Assembly (NCBI GenBank): GCA_049645885.1
Contig: JBARUT010000020.1
Coordinates: 1 to 41,339 of the forward strand
Reading direction: 5' to 3'
DNA length: 41,339 bases
Origin: Candidatus Macondimonas sp.
GTDB lineage: Bacteria > Pseudomonadota > Gammaproteobacteria > UBA5335
The notes beneath the pieces are model-generated. The model was not told the origin of the DNA. It did not search any database and saw nothing but the letters and a program-made list of their open reading frames with translations. Below are positions 1 to 8,977 of the stretch, piece after piece; positions within the stretch are counted from its first letter, which is position 1; each line of letters begins with the position of its first letter. A program made the position numbers and the translations under genes.

Positions 1-3000
1 GGGGCATTGTACGGTGCGCTTTTCATGCTGATCCTGGGCGCGGCGGTGCTGCTGTGGCGCAGCGCGATGTTCCGTCAGGGCTTGGCCGCGGCGCCCGTTC
101 TGGCGGGCGCGCTGCTCGGCCCGTTGCTATTCGGCCTGGCGCGGACCCTTATCGAAAGCTTCGATGGCAGTGCGCCCTTTTTGTGGCGATTGCGTGACAA
201 CCTGCGCATGCCGCGCAACTATGGCCGCGGGATCGTGCTGGGGCTGGGGCTCGCCCTGCTGATGGAGCGCGAACTGGTCGCCTCGGCGGACGGGATCCGG
301 TTCGCGGCTGGCTTTCTCCTCGGCGTACTGGTCGGTGCGGGCGTGGACTGGGCGGCAGACGGCATGGCGCGCCTGTGCGGCCGGCGGCAGCGTCTGGACA
401 CCAGGCGGGCCTATGTCTTCGCCGGACTGCTGGGGGGCGGCGTGGGCGGACTGCTGGCTTGGTATTTCGATGCCCTGCAGTTGCAGATCGTGGGCGAGAA
501 GCTCATGCGCTACGCCCTGATCCATGGTCCCGCAGTAGGTCAGCCGGTGTACGACTACGTCACCTACCCGCTGTTCAGCCGTTGGGGCGCCATCGAGCTG
601 GGAACGGTATCGGGCGGGCTCAAGCAGTTCTACTGCGATTCGCTGGCGGGCGTCATCAACTGGTCCATCGCCGCGCCACTATTCAGTATCAACCTGATCG
701 TCCTGACCGCGGTCTTCCAGCGCAGCCTCGAACCGCTGCGCCATCTGTTTACCCGCGACGGGCTGGCCGGCGTGGTGACCCAGGCGGTGCGGGTGCAGCG
801 CTGGGGGTTATGGATGGCGCCCATCATCCAGACCTTCCTCAAGATGGCCCCCAATCCCGCCTGGTACAACCAGGACGGCGCGTTGCGCACGGGCATTGCC
901 ACGGTGCAAAGCCTGCGCCTGGATGAAGCCGCGTTCGAGCGCTGGAGCCTGGAAACCTTCTTGGGGCTGATGGCCTACGGTTGGCTGCGCGTCCTGATCT
1001 GGTTCGATCACATGGGTCTGCGGGTCGCCACTTTGGTCAATCTGTCGTTCATCGGCGTGGACCGACTCGAAGCCCGTTTGGCGCGCTGGCTGGGCCACGC
1101 CTCCCCCACGCCTGTGATTCCCGAAGGCATCCGCCGTTTTGCCACCTGGGCTCCATTGCTGCTGCCGTTCTACATTCCGCGAGGAGCGGAATGGGATTTT
1201 GTCTGGCAGGAATCGCAGCGCCTCGCGGCCTCTCCGGATGCGCCCTTGCTCCCGGCTGCACAGTTGCTGCTGGGGATCTACATTGCCGTTGGCGTTGGTG
1301 GTTTCTTCATGCTGATTTGGCTCGTGAGGCGTTTGCATCGGACACGCCAGGCCAGTGTCCCCGTACTGGCCCGGCTGCACAGCGGGCGTTATCAGTTGGA
1401 GATCCGTGCCGATGGCAATAGTCACAGCCTCGTCCATATGAGAAATGGGGGGGATCTTGATTTCTCCAGGCGCAATCCGGATCCGTCCCTGCCTCATGGG
1501 CGGATGTTCTATCTACAGGAATCGCTGTCCGCAACAGGCGCTTTCTCGCCCCCGGTCGATCTGCTCCGGGCCGGGCCGATGGGCACGCGTACCGCCCAGC
1601 GCACGCCAGCCGGCACGGTTGTCCTGACGCAGGATGGGGCGGATGGACTCAATGCGCGCATCGAGGTCCGTCCAGTCGCACACGGCGAAGCCATGCTCTG
1701 GCGGATTCATCTTTCGCAAAGCGCAGGGCGTGCGCGGCAGTTGCGAATCACCAGCTACTTGGAATGGGCGCTCAATCGGCCAGACGTTTACCTGCGTCGT
1801 CCTGATTTCAATGCCATTCATGTCGGGGTGCGGCTTATCCGCGATCGCGCTGCCCTGCTCGCCCATAATCGCCTGCTGGGCGGCGAGCAACCCAGCCGGC
1901 ACCCGACGGGCTGTGCCTTTGTCGCTGTCAAGCCGAGTGATCGCGTCCGCCTGGTGGGCTATGAGGATGATCGCAGTCGTTTCCTGGGTCTCGGTACCCT
2001 CGCCGCGCCTCAGGGTTTGGCGGGCACTGCTCTGCGCGGAATCGATGATGAGGGCTTGCTGTATCCCTTCGATCCTGCGGCCGCGTTGCAGGTGGAAGTG
2101 GATCTCGCACCGGAGGATACCGTCGAGATGGCCTGGATCGAGGGTTGGGCCGACTCCGAGGCCGCCGCCCTTGACGCGATCACCCGTGCATTTCCGAGTG
2201 ATATCCCCTCTCCATCGTTGCAGGCGATGAAAAAAATCCCGCCGCGCAGCATCTTGCCCCGTCCCGGCCTTGATCTGCGATTTGGGTTCACGCTGGACGG
2301 TCGCGGGTTTGCAATGGGGCCGGACACGCCGCGCCCATGGACTCATGTGCTGGCCAATCGCCAGGGACATGGCGTGTTGATCGGCAACGATGGCGCCCAA
2401 TTCTCTTTTTCCGGTAATGCCCAGCAAAATGGTCTGACGCCGTTTACCTTGGACACCGTTCCCGCCCAGTCCTGCGCCCAGGCCGTGTATGTGACTGATC
2501 TGGAAACCGGCGCGCTGGTGGCACCGGGTTTGACTCCCCTCAGGCAAAGCGCGGCGCAAGAAGTGCGTTTCGAACCTGGACAGGCCGTACTGGCCAGCGC
2601 CGGGGCGGATCTGGCGCTTTGCATGACGGTGGCCGTACTGCCGGATGAACCCGTGGAAGTGCGGGTCCTGCGGGTGGAGAATCGCTCGGCGCATCCCCGC
2701 AAGCTGCGCCTGACGGCCTTTGCCCATCTTTCTCTGGCGGAGTTGCCGCAAGACAGCCATGGCCAGATCCGGACGCATTTTGATCCCGAACTGAATGCCT
2801 GCCTATTCTCCCGGCCGCGACAGGCGTTCCATGCCGGCATGGGCTTTCTCGCCATCGATCTGCCGGTGGAAGCCCATAGCTTCAACCGCCGGGCGTTCTG
2901 GGGCGCGGCTGGCGACTTCACCCGCCCTGCCATGGCCGTCACGGGCTGTCCGCAGAACGATCAGCTACCGGATGGAGAAACCATTGCGGCCCTGAGTGGT

Positions 3001-4590
3001 CTTTTCCAGCTTGCCCCTTTCGCCACACAAGAACTCGTTGTGCTGATGGGACAGGCAAAAACGGCCGATGACGCCGCCCGGTTGATTCGCCGCTACGGCC
3101 AGCCCGCACCCGCCACGCAGTCCCTCGCCCGCACCCGGGACGAATGGACCGACATCCTCGGCCAACTGCGCATTGAAACTGACCACCCCGACTTCGATCG
3201 ACTGGTCAACGACTGGCTGCCCTACCAAGTACTCACCGCCCGACTCTGGGGTCGGCTGGGACCGAATCAGCGCAGCGGGGCCTTCGGCTTCCGGGATCAG
3301 CTACAGGACGTGCTGCCGTTGATCTGGACCTGGCCAGAGCTGGCGCGCGAGCAGATCCTTCGTCATGCCGCGGTTCAGTTCCCGGAGGGCGATGTACTGA
3401 AATGGTGGCACCCCGCAACTGATGGGGGCATCGGGCTGGGTCAGCGCAGTCGCGCCAGCGATCCGCATCTGTGGTTGCCCTACCTGGTGAGTCACTACGT
3501 CACGGCCACGGGCGATTGGGATGCCCTGGAGATACAAGTCCCCTATCTGGAAGGCCGACCCATTCCCAAGGGCTGGCCGGACATCGCCTTTGTCCCCCGC
3601 GTGTCCCGCGAGCAGGAGAATCTTTATCGCCATTGCCGGCGCGCCATTGCGTTCAGCCTGGCCCACCTCAGTCCCCGCGGCTTGCCCCTGATGGGCGCGG
3701 GAGATTGGAACGATGGGCTCGATCAACTGGGATTGAAAGGTCGTGGCGAAAGCGTATGGATGGCGCTGTTCCTGCACGATGTCTTGCGGCGATTTGCGCC
3801 CCTGGCGCGGCGAATCGAAGGCCTGCAGGGCGAACAGTGGTATCTCGATGCGGCCAGACGGTTACGCGTGGCGATCGATGCCTGCTGGCTGGGCGATCGT
3901 TTTCTGCGCGCGACCAGCGATCAAGGCGAGCCGTTTGCGCCATTGACCGCACTGATGGCCTCCTGGCCGGCGATTTCGGGCGCGACGGATGCTGAACGGG
4001 CGGAAGCGGCCTTGATGGCGGGTCTGGCCGGACTGGAACAGCCAGACCTGATTCGCCTGCTGGATGAGGCTTTTGACGGCGACAGCAAGCCTTATCCCGG
4101 GCGGATCGCATTGTACCCGCCGGGTGTGCGCGAAAACGGCGGCCAATACAGCCATGGCGCCACCTGGCTGATTGATGCGGCGCTCACCGTATCCGCCCAG
4201 GCTGGGATTGCTGGCGACGGTCCACGCGCCGTTCATTGGCATCAACGTGCCTGGTCGTTGTGGCAAAAGCTCTCGCCCATGAACAAGGATCCCGTGCGTA
4301 ATGGGCTGCCGCCATACCAACAGGTCGCGGATGTGTATTGGGGTGCGGGTCATGACGGGCGCGGCGGGTGGACAGGTTATACCGGCGCCGCCGCGCGCAT
4401 GCTCTGGACCGCCTATGGTTTGCTGGGGCTTAGGCTGGAGCAAGGCGAGTTCACCATTGATTCGGCAGCGTTCACACGGGTGGGAGCGCCCCGTTTGCGC
4501 GCTGTGCGCTATCGTGGCCGCTTATATCGCTCGGTGGCGAACCCGGAGTCAGATCGCGTGTCAGACAATCGCCATTCCGGCGAAGAATAA
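1..4590 (+). CDS. Large GH94 (GT36-type) glycoside phosphorylase, similar to the NdvB/Cgs C-terminus, with an N-terminal polytopic membrane domain; 5'-partial
   Basis: Frame is open from base 1. GH94 motifs: QRSGAFGFRDQLQD, GAGDWNDG (catalytic Asp), GESVW, YPPGVRENGGQYSH, GRGGWTGYTGAA. Two N-terminal beta-sandwich-type repeats (e.g. TPRPWTHVLAN). The first ~440 aa are hydrophobic with many predicted TM segments. Confidence 0.85.
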   Translation, partial: GALYGALFMLILGAAVLLWRSAMFRQGLAAAPVLAGALLGPLLFGLARTLIESFDGSAPFLWRLRDNLRMPRNYGRGIVLGLGLALLMERELVASADGIRFAAGFLLGVLVGAGVDWAADGMARLCGRRQRLDTRRAYVFAGLLGGGVGGLLAWYFDALQLQIVGEKLMRYALIHGPAVGQPVYDYVTYPLFSRWGAIELGTVSGGLKQFYCDSLAGVINWSIAAPLFSINLIVLTAVFQRSLEPLRHLFTRDGLAGVVTQAVRVQRWGLWMAPIIQTFLKMAPNPAWYNQDGALRTGIATVQSLRLDEAAFERWSLETFLGLMAYGWLRVLIWFDHMGLRVATLVNLSFIGVDRLEARLARWLGHASPTPVIPEGIRRFATWAPLLLPFYIPRGAEWDFVWQESQRLAASPDAPLLPAAQLLLGIYIAVGVGGFFMLIWLVRRLHRTRQASVPVLARLHSGRYQLEIRADGNSHSLVHMRNGGDLDFSRRNPDPSLPHGRMFYLQESLSATGAFSPPVDLLRAGPMGTRTAQRTPAGTVVLTQDGADGLNARIEVRPVAHGEAMLWRIHLSQSAGRARQLRITSYLEWALNRPDVYLRRPDFNAIHVGVRLIRDRAALLAHNRLLGGEQPSRHPTGCAFVAVKPSDRVRLVGYEDDRSRFLGLGTLAAPQGLAGTALRGIDDEGLLYPFDPAAALQVEVDLAPEDTVEMAWIEGWADSEAAALDAITRAFPSDIPSPSLQAMKKIPPRSILPRPGLDLRFGFTLDGRGFAMGPDTPRPWTHVLANRQGHGVLIGNDGAQFSFSGNAQQNGLTPFTLDTVPAQSCAQAVYVTDLETGALVAPGLTPLRQSAAQEVRFEPGQAVLASAGADLALCMTVAVLPDEPVEVRVLRVENRSAHPRKLRLTAFAHLSLAELPQDSHGQIRTHFDPELNACLFSRPRQAFHAGMGFLAIDLPVEAHSFNRRAFWGAAGDFTRPAMAVTGCPQNDQLPDGETIAALSGLFQLAPFATQELVVLMGQAKTADDAARLIRRYGQPAPATQSLARTRDEWTDILGQLRIETDHPDFDRLVNDWLPYQVLTARLWGRLGPNQRSGAFGFRDQLQDVLPLIWTWPELAREQILRHAAVQFPEGDVLKWWHPATDGGIGLGQRSRASDPHLWLPYLVSHYVTATGDWDALEIQVPYLEGRPIPKGWPDIAFVPRVSREQENLYRHCRRAIAFSLAHLSPRGLPLMGAGDWNDGLDQLGLKGRGESVWMALFLHDVLRRFAPLARRIEGLQGEQWYLDAARRLRVAIDACWLGDRFLRATSDQGEPFAPLTALMASWPAISGATDAERAEAALMAGLAGLEQPDLIRLLDEAFDGDSKPYPGRIALYPPGVRENGGQYSHGATWLIDAALTVSAQAGIAGDGPRAVHWHQRAWSLWQKLSPMNKDPVRNGLPPYQQVADVYWGAGHDGRGGWTGYTGAAARMLWTAYGLLGLRLEQGEFTIDSAAFTRVGAPRLRAVRYRGRLYRSVANPESDRVSDNRHSGEE

Positions 4591-4722
4591 GCACCCCCTG
4601 GTTTTTACTGGAAGGCGCCAGCGATTGTTCGTGGAATGTACGCTGGGCGCGCGCCATCGCGTCAAATGCTGTATTTGTGAGCGGGGTGCAGCAGCTGCTG
4701 TGAATTGCGAGGAGGGATTCCC

Positions 4723-5802
4723 ATGGCTCGATTGTTCAAGAAACGCTACCACCCTCCAGGAACCGCACCGGGCACGCTCACCGAGCACACTTCCGCAGGG
4801 AATGCGGAGGTCCGGATCACGGCGATGCTCTATGACGCTCAGGAAACGCAACTGCTTCCCGAAAATGCGCTGGATAGCCTCCCCGAGCCGAAGGAAGGGG
4901 GGCGCTTATGGGTGCATATCCAGGGAACGCCAGATGCCAACCAGCTGAATTTGCTCGGCAAGCGTTTCGGCCTCCATCCCTTGGCTCTGGAAGACGTCGC
5001 CAACGTCGGGCAACGGCCCAAAATCGACCAATACGATCAAAACCTGTTCGTGGTGCTTGGCATGCCTGTTCTGGTGGTGGACGATCTGCACGTCGCCGAC
5101 ATCAGCCTGTTTCTGGGGAAGAATTTTGTGATCAGCGTCTGCGAAGGCGCCGATGATCCTTTTGTCGAGGTGCGCAAACGGCTTCAGAACGGCGGTGGGC
5201 GCTTGCGTCAGCTCGGCGCGGATTTTCTGTTTTATGCACTCATCGATACCGTCGTGGATCAGGCCTATCCGGTCCTGGAGACCCTTGGGGAAACCATCGA
5301 AACCCTGGAAGTGGAACTGCTGGATCGGCCCAATCGCGGCATGCTTGGTCAATTGCATCTGCTCAAGCGCGAATTGATTCTGCTACGCCGCCAATTGTGG
5401 CCGGCCCGGGATCTCCTTTCGCAGATGATGCGCAACGATCTGGAACTGCTACATACGGAAACGCTGGGCTATTTCCGCGATGCACATGACCACGCCGTGC
5501 AGATTATCGATCTCATCGAAAGCTACCGCGACATCACCGCTTCCATGCTGGATGTCTACCTCTCCAGCATGAGCCATCGATTGAACGATATCATGCGGAT
5601 TCTGACCGTCATCACCACGATCTTCATGCCATTGACGTTTATCGCCGGTATATACGGCATGAACTTTGTTGCCAATGACAAGAGCTTTTGGGCCATGCCG
5701 GAAATCCGCACGACTTACGGCTATCCCGTGGTATTGGGGGTGATGCTCGTCATTGCGGTAGGCATGCTGCTGTCATTCCGCCGCAGTGGATGGCTGCGGT
5801 AA
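4723..5802 (+). CDS. corA: Magnesium/cobalt transporter CorA
   Basis: PPGTAPGTL N-terminus, FGLHPLALEDV, QRPKID, YGMNF signature followed by MPE and a final TM helix; GGAGG RBS before ATG 4723. Confidence 0.95.
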   Translation: MARLFKKRYHPPGTAPGTLTEHTSAGNAEVRITAMLYDAQETQLLPENALDSLPEPKEGGRLWVHIQGTPDANQLNLLGKRFGLHPLALEDVANVGQRPKIDQYDQNLFVVLGMPVLVVDDLHVADISLFLGKNFVISVCEGADDPFVEVRKRLQNGGGRLRQLGADFLFYALIDTVVDQAYPVLETLGETIETLEVELLDRPNRGMLGQLHLLKRELILLRRQLWPARDLLSQMMRNDLELLHTETLGYFRDAHDHAVQIIDLIESYRDITASMLDVYLSSMSHRLNDIMRILTVITTIFMPLTFIAGIYGMNFVANDKSFWAMPEIRTTYGYPVVLGVMLVIAVGMLLSFRRSGWLR

Positions 5803-5913
5803 CTTTTAAACGGGCGATGGCCGCTACGCCTTTCAGCGCAGACTGACACCCCGTCTCATCTGCCGCTTGGTGTGGCCACGTCCAAAGAACCCGATAACGG
5901 GGGCGCCTGTCGT

Positions 5914-8589
5914 TCAGCCGCCGGCCAGCAGCCGTTTCAATTCGGGCACGCAGGAACCACAACCGGTACCGGCCTGGAGTTTCTGGCCGATGGCTTCCAG
6001 GGTCACTGCCTCGCCCTGGGTGATGACCTTGAGCAATCGGTTGCGCCCCACCTGGAAACAGGAACAGACAATCTCGCCCTGATCCTCCCCCGCCACCGGC
6101 GAACGTCCCGCCAGCAGGCTCATGCGCGCTGCGGCATCCAGTTCCGAGGCATCAAAAAGGCCCTCCAGCCACTGACGCGCCGGCAGGTTGCCGTCCCGAC
6201 TGACGAACAAACAGCCCTCCAGTCGCCCGGCGCGGATCAACGCGGCGCGGTAACGGCCGGCCCCCGTATCCTGAAACTCCAGCCATTCATCCGCATCCGC
6301 GTGGCCCAGGCGATTCATGGCCCAGATGGACCAGTCGCCCGGCATGGCGGTGTCGGCCAGTTCATAGCGTGAGCAGCGGGTGCCCGTTGAACGCACCCAG
6401 TAATCGACGCCGATCGTCTCCAGATCGCCTCGAATCAATGCAAAGCCCTGCCAGGCACAGGCATAAGCGCTGATCCGAACCGGGGTGTGCTTGAATTCCG
6501 GTTCGCCGGAAATTGGATCCACCACCGGATTGACCAAGGCATCCACCCGGCCATTGCCGGCAAACACATCGTTCCAGTGCATTGGCACGAACACCGTACC
6601 AGGACGTTGGTCGCCGGTGAGGCGCGCGCGCGCCAGCATCCGTCCCCACGGGGTTTCGAGATGCACCAAACGCCGATCGGCAATCCCCAGCGCTGCGGCA
6701 TCGCGCGGATGAAGCTCGGCATAGGGTTCAGTGAGATGGGTCGACAGGCGCGGAGAGCGACCGGTACGGGTCATGGTGTGCCATTGGTCGCGGATGCGGC
6801 CGGTGTTGAGCACCAGTGGGTAGTCGGTATCCGGCGCATGAACGGGCGTGCGATAACGCACCGGCACCAGGCGGGCCCGCGCATCGGGGGTGTAGAAGCG
6901 CCCATCGGCGAACATGCGGTCGGTGCCGGTCCCCGCCGTGCGTACCGGCCAGCGTATCGGATCCAGCGTTTCATACGCCGTGCTGTCCACATCAGCGAGT
7001 CCGGAGAGGTCGAAGTCCCGCGTGCCTGCATTCTCAAAGGCCGACAGCCGCGCGTGCTCGCGAAAAATATCCCCCGACCCGGCATAGTTGAAGCCGGCGC
7101 CGAACCCCATGCGGCGCGCCACCTCCTGGACCACCCACCAATCAGGCTGGGCTTCCCCCGGTGCGTCCAGAAAGGCGCGCTGGCGCGAGATGCAGCGTTC
7201 GGAATTGGTTACCGTGCCTTCGCGCTCACCCCAGGTCGCGGCTGGCAGCACCACATGCCCCAAGGCGGTGGTATCGGTCTCGCACATGTCCGAGACCACC
7301 ACCAAAGGACAGCGCCGCAAGGCGTCCTTGACCCGGTCGGCGTCAGGCAGGCTCACCACCGGATTGGTGGCCATGATCCACAGCGCCTTGATGCGCCCCT
7401 CACCCACCGCCTCGAACAATTCCACGGCTTTCAATCCCGGCCGGCGCGCGATGACCGGGCTCTCCCAGAAACGCTGCACAATCGCCTGATGCTCGGGAGA
7501 TTCCAGGTCCAGGTGGGCGGCAAGCTGGTTGGCCAGGCCGCCCACTTCGCGCCCGCCCATGGCATTGGGCTGGCCGGTGATGGAAAAGGGACCCATGCCG
7601 GTCCGGCCAATGCGGCCGGTGAACAGGTGGCAGTTGATGATGGCGTTGACCTTGTCGGTGCCGGCGGAGGATTGATTCACGCCTTGCGAAAACAGGGTGA
7701 CCACCCGCTCGGTGCGTGCGAACAAACGGAAAAACGCGGCGACGTCCTCCTCGGGGACGCCACACCCGGCAGCCACTGCCGGAATCGATGGCGCGTCGTC
7801 ACGGGCAGCGGCCAGCGTGGCCGCATAGCCGCTGGCATGACTTTCAAGAAAGGCAAAATCTGCCCTGCCCTCCCGCGCCAGATGCGCCAGCAGACCGTTG
7901 AAGAGCAAGACGTCGGTGCCGGGCCGGACGGGCAAATGCAAGCCTGCCAGATCGCAACTGGCGGTGCGGCGCGGATCGATCACCACCAGACTGAGATCGG
8001 GTCGCTCGGCCTTGGCCGCCTCGATGCGCCGATACAAAACCGGATGACACCAGGCCAGATTGGAGCCGACCAGGATCAGTACATCCGCCTGCTCCAGATC
8101 CTCGTAGCAGCCCGGCACCGTGTCGCTGCCAAACGCGCGCTTGTGGCCCGCGACGGCGGAGGACATGCACAGGCGGGAATTGGTGTCGATGTTCGCTGAG
8201 CCGATATAGCCCTTCATCAGCTTGTTGGCGACGTAGTAATCCTCGGTCAGCAATTGTCCCGAGACATAGAACGCAACCGCATCGGGGCCATATTGCTCGA
8301 TGGCAGACTGGAATCCCCCGGCCACCCGCGTCAACGCCGTCTCCCAGGAAACAGTTTGTCCATCCACCCGTGGCTGACGCAGCCGGTGGTCATGGCCGAC
8401 GGTTTCGCCGAGTGCCAGACCCTTGGAGCACAGCCGACCGAAGTTGGCTGGATGGGCTGGATCCCCCGAGATTGCGACTGAGCCGTCTGGTTGAACCTGA
8501 GCCAGCACACCGCAACCCACCCCGCAATACGGGCAGGTGGTGCGGATCGTAGGGTGAGTGGAGGGGATGTCAGCCCCTGGCGCCATCAA
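5914..8589 (-). CDS. nasA: Assimilatory nitrate reductase catalytic subunit (Mo-bisPGD) with C-terminal BFD-like [2Fe-2S] domain
   Basis: TTCPYCGVGC [4Fe-4S] motif, GQLLTEDYY, NIDTNSRLCM, GQPNAMGGRE, LNTGRIRDQWHTMTRTG, C-terminal CSCF...CGSC. Confidence 0.95.
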   Translation of the reverse strand: MMAPGADIPSTHPTIRTTCPYCGVGCGVLAQVQPDGSVAISGDPAHPANFGRLCSKGLALGETVGHDHRLRQPRVDGQTVSWETALTRVAGGFQSAIEQYGPDAVAFYVSGQLLTEDYYVANKLMKGYIGSANIDTNSRLCMSSAVAGHKRAFGSDTVPGCYEDLEQADVLILVGSNLAWCHPVLYRRIEAAKAERPDLSLVVIDPRRTASCDLAGLHLPVRPGTDVLLFNGLLAHLAREGRADFAFLESHASGYAATLAAARDDAPSIPAVAAGCGVPEEDVAAFFRLFARTERVVTLFSQGVNQSSAGTDKVNAIINCHLFTGRIGRTGMGPFSITGQPNAMGGREVGGLANQLAAHLDLESPEHQAIVQRFWESPVIARRPGLKAVELFEAVGEGRIKALWIMATNPVVSLPDADRVKDALRRCPLVVVSDMCETDTTALGHVVLPAATWGEREGTVTNSERCISRQRAFLDAPGEAQPDWWVVQEVARRMGFGAGFNYAGSGDIFREHARLSAFENAGTRDFDLSGLADVDSTAYETLDPIRWPVRTAGTGTDRMFADGRFYTPDARARLVPVRYRTPVHAPDTDYPLVLNTGRIRDQWHTMTRTGRSPRLSTHLTEPYAELHPRDAAALGIADRRLVHLETPWGRMLARARLTGDQRPGTVFVPMHWNDVFAGNGRVDALVNPVVDPISGEPEFKHTPVRISAYACAWQGFALIRGDLETIGVDYWVRSTGTRCSRYELADTAMPGDWSIWAMNRLGHADADEWLEFQDTGAGRYRAALIRAGRLEGCLFVSRDGNLPARQWLEGLFDASELDAAARMSLLAGRSPVAGEDQGEIVCSCFQVGRNRLLKVITQGEAVTLEAIGQKLQAGTGCGSCVPELKRLLAGG

Positions 8590-8948
8590 GGGGAACCCCC
8601 ACTCCCTGGCAGGCCGATGAATACCGTGCCATTGTCAACACGCGTGGGGAAGCAGGCCGTTTCCCCTTCGTCGGGCGCCAAAGCGGATCCAGTCTCCAGC
8701 GCAATGCCCCAGTTGTGCAGCGGGCAATAGACACGGCGTTCGCAAACGATGCCTTCGGAGAGAGGCCCCCCACGGTGGGGACAATGGTTGCGCAGAGCAA
8801 AGACCTCATCCTCGCGGTTGCGGAAGACGGCGATTTCGCCGGATGGATGCTTCACCACCCGGGCACCCAAGGGCGGAATGGCCATCAGTGGCCCAACCTC
8901 GATCCAGTCCAAACCAGTTGTGGGATCAGGGGCCTGTATCTGTGTCAT
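8586..8948 (-). CDS. nirD: Nitrite reductase small subunit (Rieske-type)
   Basis: CPHRGGPLSEG and CPLHNW Rieske motifs; lies between nirB and nasA with a 4-bp overlap to nasA. Confidence 0.92.
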   Translation of the reverse strand: MTQIQAPDPTTGLDWIEVGPLMAIPPLGARVVKHPSGEIAVFRNREDEVFALRNHCPHRGGPLSEGIVCERRVYCPLHNWGIALETGSALAPDEGETACFPTRVDNGTVFIGLPGSGGSP

Positions 8949-8977
8949 GAAGCCTATTCTCCTGCAACAAGCCGCGC

